Positions 30,932 through 40,283 of a DNA stretch of 64,000 nucleotides are shown piece after piece. Numbering within the stretch: the first letter of the stretch is position 1; every line of letters begins with the position of its first letter. Below the pieces are notes generated by a model. It did no database searches and had not been told where the DNA came from. It worked only from the letters and a program-made list of their open reading frames with translations. The stretch is taken from the NCBI GenBank assembly GCA_965218785.1, contig OZ244650.1, positions 480,001-544,000 on the forward strand, given 5' to 3'. A program made the position numbers and the translations under genes. The DNA comes from Nitrosopumilus sp. Its GTDB lineage: Archaea; Thermoproteota; Nitrososphaeria; Nitrososphaerales; Nitrosopumilaceae.

Positions 30932-32371
30932 ATGTTTGATAATCTTCGTAATGCATTTTCTAATGTGGCAAAAAGTCTCAGTGAGAAGGAACTTGGCAAA
31001 AAAGACATTGAGGATGCTCTTTTCGAATTAGAAATTTCTCTTTTGAAATCAGATGTGGCCAGTGAAGTAGTAGATGCAATCAAATCTGATTTGAATACCA
31101 AATTGATTGGCTCAAAAATTGACAAGCATGATATTGGAAAATTTGTTAAAGATACTTTGATTTCAAATATTTCTACGCTATTTGATGATGCGGGACAAAT
31201 TGATCTTTTTGAAAAAATTAATGAAAAAAAGAATCAAGAACAGCCGTTTTTGATTTTATTTGTTGGAATTAACGGTACTGGGAAAACCACTTCTTTGGCC
31301 AAGGTTGCGTACATGCTGCAGCAGGCAAAATATTCTGTTGTCGTTGCGGCATCTGATACTTTTAGAGCCGGTGCCATAGAGCAGTTGCGAGAACACACTA
31401 AACGTCTTAACCTAAAACTTGTTGCACAGAATTATAATTCAGATCCAGCAGCTGTTGCTAGAGACGCCGTATTGTATGCCAAATCACACAAAACAGATTG
31501 CGTGCTAATTGATACTGCAGGCAGAATGCAAACAAGCAAAAATTTGATGGAGCAAATTGAAAAAATCACCAAAGTTGTTAATCCTGACATGAAAATCTTT
31601 GTAGGTGATTCTTTAGCTGGAAATGATACAGTTAATCAAGCACGCACATTCTTTGAACATGTTAATTTTGATGCTTCTATTTTGACTAAAAGTGATGCAG
31701 ATGCACAAGGAGGAGCAGCCTTATCAATTGTTAAAGTCACTTCTACTCCGATAATTTACGTTGGAATTGGACAAGAATACTCTGATCTTAAACCCTTTGA
31801 TAAGAAAACTTTTCTGGAAACTGTTTTTGGTTCTTTGGATGATGTTGATGTGAAGGAAAAGACAGAACCAACACCAGAACCAACACCAGAACCAACACCA
31901 GAACCAACACCAGAACCAACACCAGAACCAACACCAGAACCAACACCAGAACCAACACCAGAACCAACACCAGAACCAACACCAGAACCAACACCAGAAC
32001 CAACACCAGAACCAACACCAGAACCAACACCAGAACCAACACCAGAACCAACACCAGAACCAACACCAGAACCAACACCAGAACCAACACCAGAACCAAC
32101 ACCAGAACCAACACCAGAACCAACACCAGAACCAACACCAGAACCAGATTCTTCTTCTGATGATCCTTTTGAGGGAATTAGCGATGATGATATCACAACT
32201 TATTCAGAAATGTATGATATTCCTCCACCCGAAAATGACGCTGAGGCAATCAAACTAGGAAATAAAATTCGTGAATGGATAAAAAACGGTCGGCTTAAAC
32301 CTGATGATTCTAAAGATAAAGGGGAAAACCCTAAAAAGCAACGAGGTAGATTTGGATTCCTTAGGAAATGA
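30932..32371 (+). CDS. ftsY: SRP receptor FtsY with C-terminal (EPTP)n extension
   Basis: GINGTGKTT, DTFRAGA, DTAGR, TKSDAD, GIGQ. Confidence 0.96.
   Translation: MFDNLRNAFSNVAKSLSEKELGKKDIEDALFELEISLLKSDVASEVVDAIKSDLNTKLIGSKIDKHDIGKFVKDTLISNISTLFDDAGQIDLFEKINEKKNQEQPFLILFVGINGTGKTTSLAKVAYMLQQAKYSVVVAASDTFRAGAIEQLREHTKRLNLKLVAQNYNSDPAAVARDAVLYAKSHKTDCVLIDTAGRMQTSKNLMEQIEKITKVVNPDMKIFVGDSLAGNDTVNQARTFFEHVNFDASILTKSDADAQGGAALSIVKVTSTPIIYVGIGQEYSDLKPFDKKTFLETVFGSLDDVDVKEKTEPTPEPTPEPTPEPTPEPTPEPTPEPTPEPTPEPTPEPTPEPTPEPTPEPTPEPTPEPTPEPTPEPTPEPTPEPTPEPTPEPTPEPTPEPTPEPDSSSDDPFEGISDDDITTYSEMYDIPPPENDAEAIKLGNKIREWIKNGRLKPDDSKDKGENPKKQRGRFGFLRK
31865..32146 (+). repeat. Perfect tandem repeat (GAACCAACACCA)x23 + GAACCA, in-frame within ftsY
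   Basis: 31865-32140 is 276 bp = 23 units; no variant unit seen. Confidence 0.97.
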
Positions 32372-33282
32372 AACTTGAAACAAAAGATTTACTCACTTTA
32401 GCGGAATTAACCCCAAAGGAATTTGTAGACCTGATAGATTATTCCATTAAACTAAAACAAGAATTTCAAAAAGGGGGAAACAAACCCATTTTAAAAAATA
32501 AAACATTAACTATGATTTTTCAAAAGCCCTCTACTCGAACACGCGTTAGTTTTGAAATTGGAATGTATCAACTGGGAGGATATGCAGTTAATTTGTCTTC
32601 TAATGACATGCAATTATCCCGCGGCGAGTCTGTGGAGGATACGGCAAAAACTCTTTCACGATATACTGACTGTATAATGGCACGTGTTTATGAACATGAG
32701 TTGCTAGAAAAACTCTCTAAACATGCCAGCGTACCAGTAATTAACGGATTGTCTGATACTTTCCATCCCTGTCAAATTTTGGCAGACTTTATGACAATTA
32801 AAGAAAAGAAAGGCAAACTCAAAGGATTAAAAATTGCATGGATTGGTGATGGCAACAATGTTTGCAATTCCATGATTTACGGTGCCGCACTAGCTGAAAT
32901 TAACATGTCTATTGCTACACCTAAAGGCTTTGAACCAAACAAGAACGCTGTCAAAGAATCCAAAAAATCCACATCTATCGAATTGACTACCGATCCGATT
33001 ACTGCCGTCAAAAATGCCGATGTAGTCGTGTCTGATACTTTTTCATCAATTCATAATTTTGATAAGACAAGACTAGAAAAATTCTTGCCAGCGTATCAAG
33101 TAAATGACAAATTAATGAAATCTGCAAAAAAGGATGCGATTTTTTTACATTGTCTTCCTGCAAAGCGGGAACAAGAAGTTACTTCATCTGTAATTGACGG
33201 TCCTCAATCTGTTGTTTGGGATGAAGCAGAAAACCGTTTACATACTCAGAAAGCTTTGCTTGCCGCCCTGATTCACGCTTAA
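32368..33282 (+). CDS. argF: Ornithine carbamoyltransferase
   Basis: STRTR, HPCQ, GDGNN, HCLP, AENR. Confidence 0.95.
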   Translation: MKLETKDLLTLAELTPKEFVDLIDYSIKLKQEFQKGGNKPILKNKTLTMIFQKPSTRTRVSFEIGMYQLGGYAVNLSSNDMQLSRGESVEDTAKTLSRYTDCIMARVYEHELLEKLSKHASVPVINGLSDTFHPCQILADFMTIKEKKGKLKGLKIAWIGDGNNVCNSMIYGAALAEINMSIATPKGFEPNKNAVKESKKSTSIELTTDPITAVKNADVVVSDTFSSIHNFDKTRLEKFLPAYQVNDKLMKSAKKDAIFLHCLPAKREQEVTSSVIDGPQSVVWDEAENRLHTQKALLAALIHA

Positions 33283-33318
33283 CGTATATAAGAGCAGATT
33301 CAAACTCGATTTCTATAG

Positions 33319-33801
33319 ATGGCATATTCAAAGATATTGAGGAGGCTCCGGGAAGAAAAGACCAATTATAAAAAACGTGGAACCATGCTGATGGGAAAAC
33401 GTGATTTTATTACTGTAAATATTACTAATGAAAACACCCAAGTCCAGATTCTAAAACCTGGCATGACTGGGGACAAGGTTGTAGCCTCTGCCCACTCTAG
33501 ATATCTCCTTGAAAAAGGCTGGAAGGGCTCTAGAAAGAGCATTCCTGCGGCATATCTTACGGGATATTTGGCAGGTAAGAAAGCACTAGGTCAAGGCGCA
33601 AAGGATGCCATTCTTTATACTGGTACTAAAAAATATACACAGAGAATGGCTGCGGCTCTTAAAGGAATCATCGATGCCGGCGTTAAAGTACCAGCTAGTA
33701 AAGAAACATTTCCCTCTGATGATAGAATTAACGGAGAACATCTCACCGTTAAAAACGAAGTTTCAAAAATAAAATCTGGTATTGATAGTGAGGTAAAGTA
33801 G
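33319..33801 (+). CDS. rpl18: 50S ribosomal protein L18
   Basis: RRLREEKTNY, AAYLTG; first gene of the L18-S5-L30-L15-secY run. Confidence 0.95.
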   Translation: MAYSKILRRLREEKTNYKKRGTMLMGKRDFITVNITNENTQVQILKPGMTGDKVVASAHSRYLLEKGWKGSRKSIPAAYLTGYLAGKKALGQGAKDAILYTGTKKYTQRMAAALKGIIDAGVKVPASKETFPSDDRINGEHLTVKNEVSKIKSGIDSEVK

Positions 33802-33803
33802 AA

Positions 33804-34535
33804 ATGAGTCAAACAACACAATCCGGTCCAAAAGGACGAGGCACATCATCATATGGACGAGGTCCGCCAATATATGGAAGAGGTCCGCCGGGACAATCCA
33901 AGGGAGGCAGTGATCGTCCTAGACGACCAAGACGTGAACCAGAACCAGAAATATGGATTCCTAAAACCATCTTGGGACAAAAAGTTTCATCCGGAGAAAT
34001 TTCATCCCTAGAAGAAATTATTGAATCGGGATTAAGAATTCAAGAAGCTGGAATTATCAAAAAATTACTTCCGGATTTAAAAAGCGAAGTCGTTGATGTG
34101 GGAATTATTCAAAAAATGACTTCAAATGGCCAATCTACCAGGTTCAAAGCAATAGTTGCGGCAGGAAATGAAAATGGTTATCTGGGAATCGGTCAGGGAA
34201 AATCAAAACAGATGAGAATAGCTATTGAAAAAGCAACAAGCCAGGCTTTTCTAAATGTCAGCCCAATCAAATTAGGATGTGGTAGTTGGGAATGTAGATG
34301 TGATCAAAAACATTCCATTCCGTTCAAGGTTCGTGGAAAGGGAGGAAGTGTCACAATTGAAATCATTCCTGCACCTAGGGGACTGGGTTTGGTTGCAGGT
34401 GGTAAAATTAAACGATTATTGGAATTGGCAGGTCTAAAAGATGCATGGACTACTGCAAAGGGTTCTACTCCTACAATGAACTCGACTTCCAAAGCCATCT
34501 TGGACTGTCTTAGACAGACATTTAGTCAGGGTTGA
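33804..34535 (+). CDS. rps5: 30S ribosomal protein S5
   Basis: WIPKT.LG, GCGSWEC, PAPRGLGLV. Confidence 0.96.
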   Translation: MSQTTQSGPKGRGTSSYGRGPPIYGRGPPGQSKGGSDRPRRPRREPEPEIWIPKTILGQKVSSGEISSLEEIIESGLRIQEAGIIKKLLPDLKSEVVDVGIIQKMTSNGQSTRFKAIVAAGNENGYLGIGQGKSKQMRIAIEKATSQAFLNVSPIKLGCGSWECRCDQKHSIPFKVRGKGGSVTIEIIPAPRGLGLVAGGKIKRLLELAGLKDAWTTAKGSTPTMNSTSKAILDCLRQTFSQG

Positions 34536-34541
34536 TGAAAA

Positions 34542-35009
34542 ATGGCAAACGCGTTTCTCGTAGTCCGGATAAAAGGTCAGGCTGACGTTCCTTATTGGGC
34601 AACTCATACCATGACTCTGTTAAAATTAGACAAAAAATACCGCGCCACAATTTTGCCGGCCAAGGAGAATACCTTGGGAATGTTAAAAAAAGTACAACAT
34701 TATGTTTCTTGGATTGAACTGGATAATACTTTGGCCAAAGAATTAATTGATAAAAAGGCAAGAAAATCCGGCTATCAGAAAATAACTGTCGATGATCTGA
34801 AGGAACTCGGTTTTGCAAATTCTGATGAATTGGCAACGGCATTGGCTGAAGGCAAAGCCACCCTATCCAAATTAAAACCCCTAAAACCTTGGTTTGCTCT
34901 AGCACCCCCAAGGCATGGATTCAAAAGAAGCACCAAGAAGCTATATGGGCAAAAAGGCGTCCTTGGACAAAACAAGGAACTCGGTGACATGGTACGGAGA
35001 ATGATCTGA
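34542..35009 (+). CDS. rpl30: 50S ribosomal protein L30
   Basis: VVRIKG, LAPPRHG; synteny. Confidence 0.95.
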   Translation: MANAFLVVRIKGQADVPYWATHTMTLLKLDKKYRATILPAKENTLGMLKKVQHYVSWIELDNTLAKELIDKKARKSGYQKITVDDLKELGFANSDELATALAEGKATLSKLKPLKPWFALAPPRHGFKRSTKKLYGQKGVLGQNKELGDMVRRMI

Positions 35010-35010
35010 C

Positions 35011-35436
35011 ATGGCAACAAGATTAAGAAAAACCAGACGACTTAGAGGCGGACGGCATATGGGCTGGGGACAGGTAGGCCAACATCGTGCAAGTGGGCAT
35101 AAGGGCGGTCTTGGAATTACCGGCATGATGAAACACCACTATAGTACTTTGCTAAAAGAAGATCCTGATCATTATGGACATGATAATCCTAGACCTCCTC
35201 ATCCAAGTATTACAAAGAAATGGGCCAGCGTCAGAGATCTAGATGATCTGTTCACAAAGTTCGGCAAGGAACAGGAAGGAAAGAAAATCGTAGACCTTAA
35301 AAGTGCAGGATACGACAAGCTCCTTGGCGGTGGAAAACTAACTAACGCTTATTCTGTCAAAGTACAACGATTTACCGCATCAGCAGAAGAAAAACTCAAA
35401 GCTGTTGGGGGCGAGGTGTTATCTGATAATGGCTGA
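35011..35436 (+). CDS. rpl15: 50S ribosomal protein L15
   Basis: RGGRHMGWG, KLLGGG, A.EKLKAVGG. Confidence 0.95.
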   Translation: MATRLRKTRRLRGGRHMGWGQVGQHRASGHKGGLGITGMMKHHYSTLLKEDPDHYGHDNPRPPHPSITKKWASVRDLDDLFTKFGKEQEGKKIVDLKSAGYDKLLGGGKLTNAYSVKVQRFTASAEEKLKAVGGEVLSDNG

Positions 35437-36859
35437 AGGTAGTCTAACTGCTACTATTCGAAAAATTGTCTTTAAAGTAGAACCGTATCTTCCTCAAGTA
35501 CCAAAACCAAAAAAGAAAATCCCACTTCAAATGCGACTATTGTGGTGTGGGGTTGCATTGCTCATCTATATGGTCATGGGCCAGACTCCCCTGTTTGGGG
35601 CCACAACACCGGAATTTGATTTTCTGCAATTTGCCAGGGTTATTTTTGCATCCCAGCAAGGCACCCTTGTTGAATTAGGAATCGGGCCGATAGTTACAGC
35701 TGGGCTGCTGATGCAGTTGTTGAGAGGTTCAGATATTCTCAAATTTGATTTCAAAAAACCCGAAGAGAGAGGAATATTTCAGACAGCGACTAAACTGGTG
35801 TCATACATCGTCATCGTGGCCGAATCCATCGTATATGGCGTCGCAGTTTACGGTCAGAATATTTCTGATCCCAACATCTTGTACATCTTGGTCGGGCAGT
35901 TGATGGCCGCATCGATTATCATCATGTTCCTGGATGAATTAATCCAAAAGGGCTGGGGTCTTGGCAGCGGAATCAGCCTGTTCATTATGGCAGGAGTTGC
36001 TCAACAGATTCTTTGGAGCCTGTTTAGCCCGTTGGCTGCAGGTGACGGGGGGACAATTGGCATCCTCCCATATGTAGGACAATCCATAATGAACGGTGAT
36101 GTTTCAAATGTTCTATTCCGTCTAAATCAACTCCCGAGTATCTTCGGATTGTGTCTTACTGCGGGAATATTGCTGATACTTGTATTTACACAAGGCATGA
36201 AGATTGAGATCCCCATTGTCTCAACAAAATACCGGGGCTTTTCTGCCGTCTATCCTATCAAAATGATGTATGTCTCTAACATACCTGTAATCTTGGCTTC
36301 TGCTCTTACTGCAAACGCAGTTTTCGTCTTCCAAATGTTGTGGGCAAACGCAAACCCGCAGAACAATCAGTTCTTCATGAATTTTATAGCGCAGTTTGAC
36401 CCGGCAAATCCATCTAGTCCTATAGGAGGTCTGATCTACTATATCACTCCTCCAAGAGGTCTGGAGACTGCAGCTTTAGATCCAATGCGTGCCGTAGGTT
36501 ACGTGCTGTTCATGATTGGAATTGTAGTTGTATTTGGCAAATTATGGGTGGAGCTTGGAGGTCTGTCGCCAAAGAGTGCAGCTCAGAACCTACTTGATGC
36601 AGACGTTCAAATCCCTGGATTTCGAAGATCAAACAAACCAGTTGAGGCACTACTAAACAAGTACATTCCATCAGTGACCATTATAGGTTCCGTTATTTTG
36701 GGTCTACTGGCAGGTGTATCTGATGTTCTTGGTGTATTTGGTTCTGGAATAGGAATCTTACTTATGGTAGATATTCTCATAAACTATTATACGCAGTTGG
36801 TTCGGGAACAAGTAGAAGTCGTTATGCCGCGTCTGGGTGGTTTGCTTGGCAGAAAATAA
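35429..36859 (+). CDS. secY: Preprotein translocase SecY
   Basis: ELGIGPIVTAG, GSGISLFI, IPGFR, multiple TM helices. Confidence 0.97.
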   Translation: MAEGSLTATIRKIVFKVEPYLPQVPKPKKKIPLQMRLLWCGVALLIYMVMGQTPLFGATTPEFDFLQFARVIFASQQGTLVELGIGPIVTAGLLMQLLRGSDILKFDFKKPEERGIFQTATKLVSYIVIVAESIVYGVAVYGQNISDPNILYILVGQLMAASIIIMFLDELIQKGWGLGSGISLFIMAGVAQQILWSLFSPLAAGDGGTIGILPYVGQSIMNGDVSNVLFRLNQLPSIFGLCLTAGILLILVFTQGMKIEIPIVSTKYRGFSAVYPIKMMYVSNIPVILASALTANAVFVFQMLWANANPQNNQFFMNFIAQFDPANPSSPIGGLIYYITPPRGLETAALDPMRAVGYVLFMIGIVVVFGKLWVELGGLSPKSAAQNLLDADVQIPGFRRSNKPVEALLNKYIPSVTIIGSVILGLLAGVSDVLGVFGSGIGILLMVDILINYYTQLVREQVEVVMPRLGGLLGRK

Positions 36860-37424
36860 AAAGGTCATGATGGTAGGAATACCAGGTGTTGGAAAAACTA
36901 CTTTGCTTGAAAAAATAGTTGAAACCATAAAAAATCATGACAAGAGCGTTAAAGTGATTAGTTTTGGAACCCTGATGTTTGATATTGCCAAGAAAAATGG
37001 TCTTGGCAACAGAGACGAGCTTAGAAAGCTACCCGTATCTGAACAGCAGAATCTTCAAAAAATCGCCGCAGAACAAATCGCCGAGCATACCGAACAAGTC
37101 GTAATTGTTGATACCCACGCATTTATCAACTCCGTGGAAGGGTACTATCCTGGCTTGCCAGAACATGTCTTGAAGATCATAAAACCCACAAATTTTGTTT
37201 CCATTTCTGCAAAACCTGAAGAAATCTACAATCGAAGAATGAAGGATGACACCCGAAACAGGGATAAAATCACCCTTGCCAACATTAAGAAGGAGCTAGA
37301 TCTTCAATCAGGCATGATCTCAGCATGTGCGGTTATTTCCGGCTCCCCAGTCAAACTCGTGCTCAACGGTGAGGGAAAGATTGATGAAGCAACAGATAAA
37401 ATAATCCATGCCATAGGACTGTAG
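36846..37424 (+). CDS. adkA: Archaeal adenylate kinase
   Basis: GIPGVGKTT, VDTH, GYYPGLP; follows secY. Confidence 0.93.
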   Translation: MAENKKVMMVGIPGVGKTTLLEKIVETIKNHDKSVKVISFGTLMFDIAKKNGLGNRDELRKLPVSEQQNLQKIAAEQIAEHTEQVVIVDTHAFINSVEGYYPGLPEHVLKIIKPTNFVSISAKPEEIYNRRMKDDTRNRDKITLANIKKELDLQSGMISACAVISGSPVKLVLNGEGKIDEATDKIIHAIGL

Positions 37425-37426
37425 AT

Positions 37427-38050
37427 ATGGACTTTAACTTTATTTTACTATTTATCGAATTAATCCCACTTCAATTTGATTTTATGGGAGGAGCCGAACG
37501 AGGCGCACTTGGCAGCGATGATCCAATAATCCAAGGCTTGATTCTTTCAATGTTTGCAGTATCTGGATTTGGGATCCTGCTTAATATTTTCAATGCCGCA
37601 GTCCGAAAGAAGATGGTTGATCAAACAAAACTTACACGTATCATGAAGGAGACCCGTACATGGCAAAAAGAAAGAATGACTGCCATGCGATCCAAGGATC
37701 AGGCCAGAATCAACGAGCTGGGCAAAAAATCTTCCTACATGAACAAAATGTCCATGGAGATGATGCAGATGAACATGAGACCTATGATGATTACCTTTGT
37801 ACCATTAATCCTGATATTCTATCTTGTGTTGCCGCAATTATTCTCTTATACGGTAGCCCTGTCCCCAATTCCACTAAATGTGATTCCCGGAGATTTCTTC
37901 CAGTTGACATGTACTGCAGAACAAGCAGCTGATGTAGAACATGTCTGTCAGGAAGAAAATTCAATATATCTTTGGGCCTGGTATTTCCTATCCTCCATCG
38001 CTTTTAGCGGGATTATCATGAAACTAACAAAAACAACAATGGGCACTTGA
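37427..38050 (+). CDS. DUF106 / EMC3-TMCO1 (Oxa1 superfamily) membrane protein
   Basis: TM, Met-rich coiled coil, RPMMIT, WYFLSS; canonical position after adk. Confidence 0.88.
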   Translation: MDFNFILLFIELIPLQFDFMGGAERGALGSDDPIIQGLILSMFAVSGFGILLNIFNAAVRKKMVDQTKLTRIMKETRTWQKERMTAMRSKDQARINELGKKSSYMNKMSMEMMQMNMRPMMITFVPLILIFYLVLPQLFSYTVALSPIPLNVIPGDFFQLTCTAEQAADVEHVCQEENSIYLWAWYFLSSIAFSGIIMKLTKTTMGT

Positions 38051-38607
38051 CTAAATCCATTGTTATTTCCGGTCCCCCTGCAGTGGGAAAAACAACTGTT
38101 GCCAAGGGACTGGCAAAAGAATTCCAATTGAAATATCTAAGCGGAGGCGATGTGCTAAAACAAATGGCAAAGGAACAGGGTTTTGATTCTGATGGTAATG
38201 ATTGGTGGGATACCCAAGACGGCATGAAGTTTCTCCGTCAGCGTGAATCAAATCCAGAATTTGACAGAAAACTGGATGAAAAATTAGCTGGATTGTTCAA
38301 CCAGGGATGTATGGTTATCACAAGTTACACTCTGCCGTGGTTGGTAGATGACGGCATCAAAATCTGGCTAGACGGATCTCATACAAGCAGTACTGAAAGA
38401 ATGCAGTCCCGGGACAACATGAGTTCTGAAAAAGCCTATGAAATTACCCGGGTGAGATTTGATAAGAACAAGGCATTGTACAAAAAAATATACAATTTTG
38501 ATTTTGGCAGTGACAAGGACGTGTTTGATTTGATAATTAATACGGATAATCTTACCGCACAACAAGTAATCGATCATACAAAGGAAACGGTGAGAAAATT
38601 ACTGTGA
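38047..38607 (+). CDS. cmk: Cytidylate kinase
   Basis: ISGPPAVGKTT P-loop, KKIYNFD, INTDNL; synteny. Confidence 0.9.
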   Translation: MTKSIVISGPPAVGKTTVAKGLAKEFQLKYLSGGDVLKQMAKEQGFDSDGNDWWDTQDGMKFLRQRESNPEFDRKLDEKLAGLFNQGCMVITSYTLPWLVDDGIKIWLDGSHTSSTERMQSRDNMSSEKAYEITRVRFDKNKALYKKIYNFDFGSDKDVFDLIINTDNLTAQQVIDHTKETVRKLL

Positions 38608-39605
38608 CTCTCAAACAACTTGAGAATCTTGTTGAAATTGATCAAGATATCACAGACGACTCTTTTGGAACATATTATGATAAAAGAACGATTGAACAAC
38701 TGCTAAATTATGGAATCATACTGCTGGACAAACCTCCTGGTCCTACCAGCCACGAGGCTGTAGCATGGACAAAACGTATCTTGAAACTCCCAAAGATTGG
38801 CCATAGTGGGACACTTGATCCACAAGTTTCGGGTGTTTTACCGCTGGGTCTTGGCGAGGCCACAAAGGCATTGGGGATTTTACTTCTTGGTCCAAAGGAA
38901 TATCATGCGTTAGGCAGGCTCCACTCCCTTCCATCTAAGGAAAAACTGGATCAAACAATTGATCTGTTTAGGGGGGAGATCTTTCAAAAACCTCCTCAAC
39001 GCTCTGCTGTTCTAAGACAGACACGAACAAGAACTATTTATGAATTTGAAGTTTTAGAACAGAAAGAAAGACTGCTTTTAACCCGGATTTTATGTGAATC
39101 TGGAACCTATATTCGAAAATTATACTATGATTTGGGCGAAGTTCTTGGACCTGGTGCCACAATGATTGAACTAAGACGAACCAGAGTGAATCAATTCTAT
39201 GAAACTGACGGGCTGGTAACACTTCATGAACTTGCAAATGCATTTGCATTATGGGAGGAAAAAAAAGATGACAGTAAACTGACGAGTATTATCAAACCAG
39301 TTGAATATGCATTAAGTGAACTAAAATCCGTGGTAATCCGTGACTCTGCAGTAGATGCCCTGTGTCACGGGGCACAACTGGCAATTCCGGGAATTTTACA
39401 AATTTCTCCAAACCTAAAGCAGGGTGATACTGTTGGAGTTTATACACAAAAAGGAGAGGCAGTCGCCCTGGCCGAATCTACAATGTCCGAAGATGTGATC
39501 CGTGATGCCACAAAGGGATATGCGTTTGAAACAAAAAGAATCATTATGGCACCTAATACTTATCCAAAAAAATGGAGAACAAAACCAACCCCTCCAAAGG
39601 ATTAA
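38604..39605 (+). CDS. cbf5: H/ACA pseudouridine synthase Cbf5
   Basis: DKPPGPTSH, GHSGTLDP, GTYIR, PUA domain. Confidence 0.96.
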   Translation: MTLKQLENLVEIDQDITDDSFGTYYDKRTIEQLLNYGIILLDKPPGPTSHEAVAWTKRILKLPKIGHSGTLDPQVSGVLPLGLGEATKALGILLLGPKEYHALGRLHSLPSKEKLDQTIDLFRGEIFQKPPQRSAVLRQTRTRTIYEFEVLEQKERLLLTRILCESGTYIRKLYYDLGEVLGPGATMIELRRTRVNQFYETDGLVTLHELANAFALWEEKKDDSKLTSIIKPVEYALSELKSVVIRDSAVDALCHGAQLAIPGILQISPNLKQGDTVGVYTQKGEAVALAESTMSEDVIRDATKGYAFETKRIIMAPNTYPKKWRTKPTPPKD

Positions 39606-39631
39606 AAAATCAAGAGACGGTCTTAAAATAA

Positions 39632-40078
39632 TTGTTAGCAAAAAGTCTTGTAATCTTCATTGGTATTGGTCTGATTTCAGGCCTTGCCATAGGTGTTTAT
39701 CTCATTGATGTGAAAAATACAAGCCAGTTAGTTTTTGTTGACGGGCTCTCAGTTTCCATAGTTACAGAAAAATTTGATTTCAAACGGGGTGAGGAGATAA
39801 AAATTCAAATTGTAAATTCTGGAACCGTTCCATTAATCTTTCCTGATGTATCATCTGGCCTTAAAATCACCGGCCTATTTGGAATACTCATATATTCCCC
39901 GACTGCACCACAGGTGCTCTCCCCCCTCGAACCCGGAGATGAAATGGTATTATTCTGGGATCAAGTAAAAAACGACGGTGATCTGGCATTGGAGGGTCTT
40001 TACAAAATATCTGTAATGGGAACAGACAAACTGGGAAATCAAGTCGAAAAATCGACTATTGTAACAATTTGGAAGTAG
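39632..40078 (+). CDS. Hypothetical membrane-anchored Ig-like protein
   Basis: N-terminal TM helix; LEPG...WDQ....G....GLY pattern. Confidence 0.65.
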   Translation: MLAKSLVIFIGIGLISGLAIGVYLIDVKNTSQLVFVDGLSVSIVTEKFDFKRGEEIKIQIVNSGTVPLIFPDVSSGLKITGLFGILIYSPTAPQVLSPLEPGDEMVLFWDQVKNDGDLALEGLYKISVMGTDKLGNQVEKSTIVTIWK

Positions 40079-40143
40079 TTTTTCTATTCCCAAGCAGCAT
40101 AATATATAATGAAATCTTATCAAATAACTCTGTCGTAAGACGT

Positions 40144-40244
40144 GCCGGGGTCGCCTAGCCTGGTAGGGCGCGCGCCTGGAAATAATTTACCATAAAGCGC
40201 GTTCTCGCAAGGGAACGGGAGTTCAAATCTCCCTCCCGGCGCCA
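40144..40244 (+). tRNA. tRNA-Ser(GGA) with 14-nt intron (40182-40195), long variable arm, encoded CCA
   Basis: GCCGGGG/TCCCGGC acceptor, CGCGC-CT-GGA-A[intron]A-GCGCG, variable arm TTCTCGCAAGGGAA, GGGAG-TTCAAAT-CTCCC, G73. Confidence 0.94.
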
Positions 40245-40283
40245 TTTCAAAATCAATTAATGTCTAGATTCCATAATTTAGAT

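Noticed and set aside
31756-32196. Antisense ORFs (GSGV)n and (LV)n; possible CRISPR array
   Set aside because: Shadows of the stop-free 12-bp repeat. There are no spacers, so it is not a CRISPR array.
19663-39605. Fragmented r-protein operons (Lrp between L11 and L1, L12 inverted, L32e/L19e split from L18, no L34e/L14e near cmk)
   Set aside because: Consistent with the organisation I recall for Nitrosopumilus-type genomes; not specific to this window.
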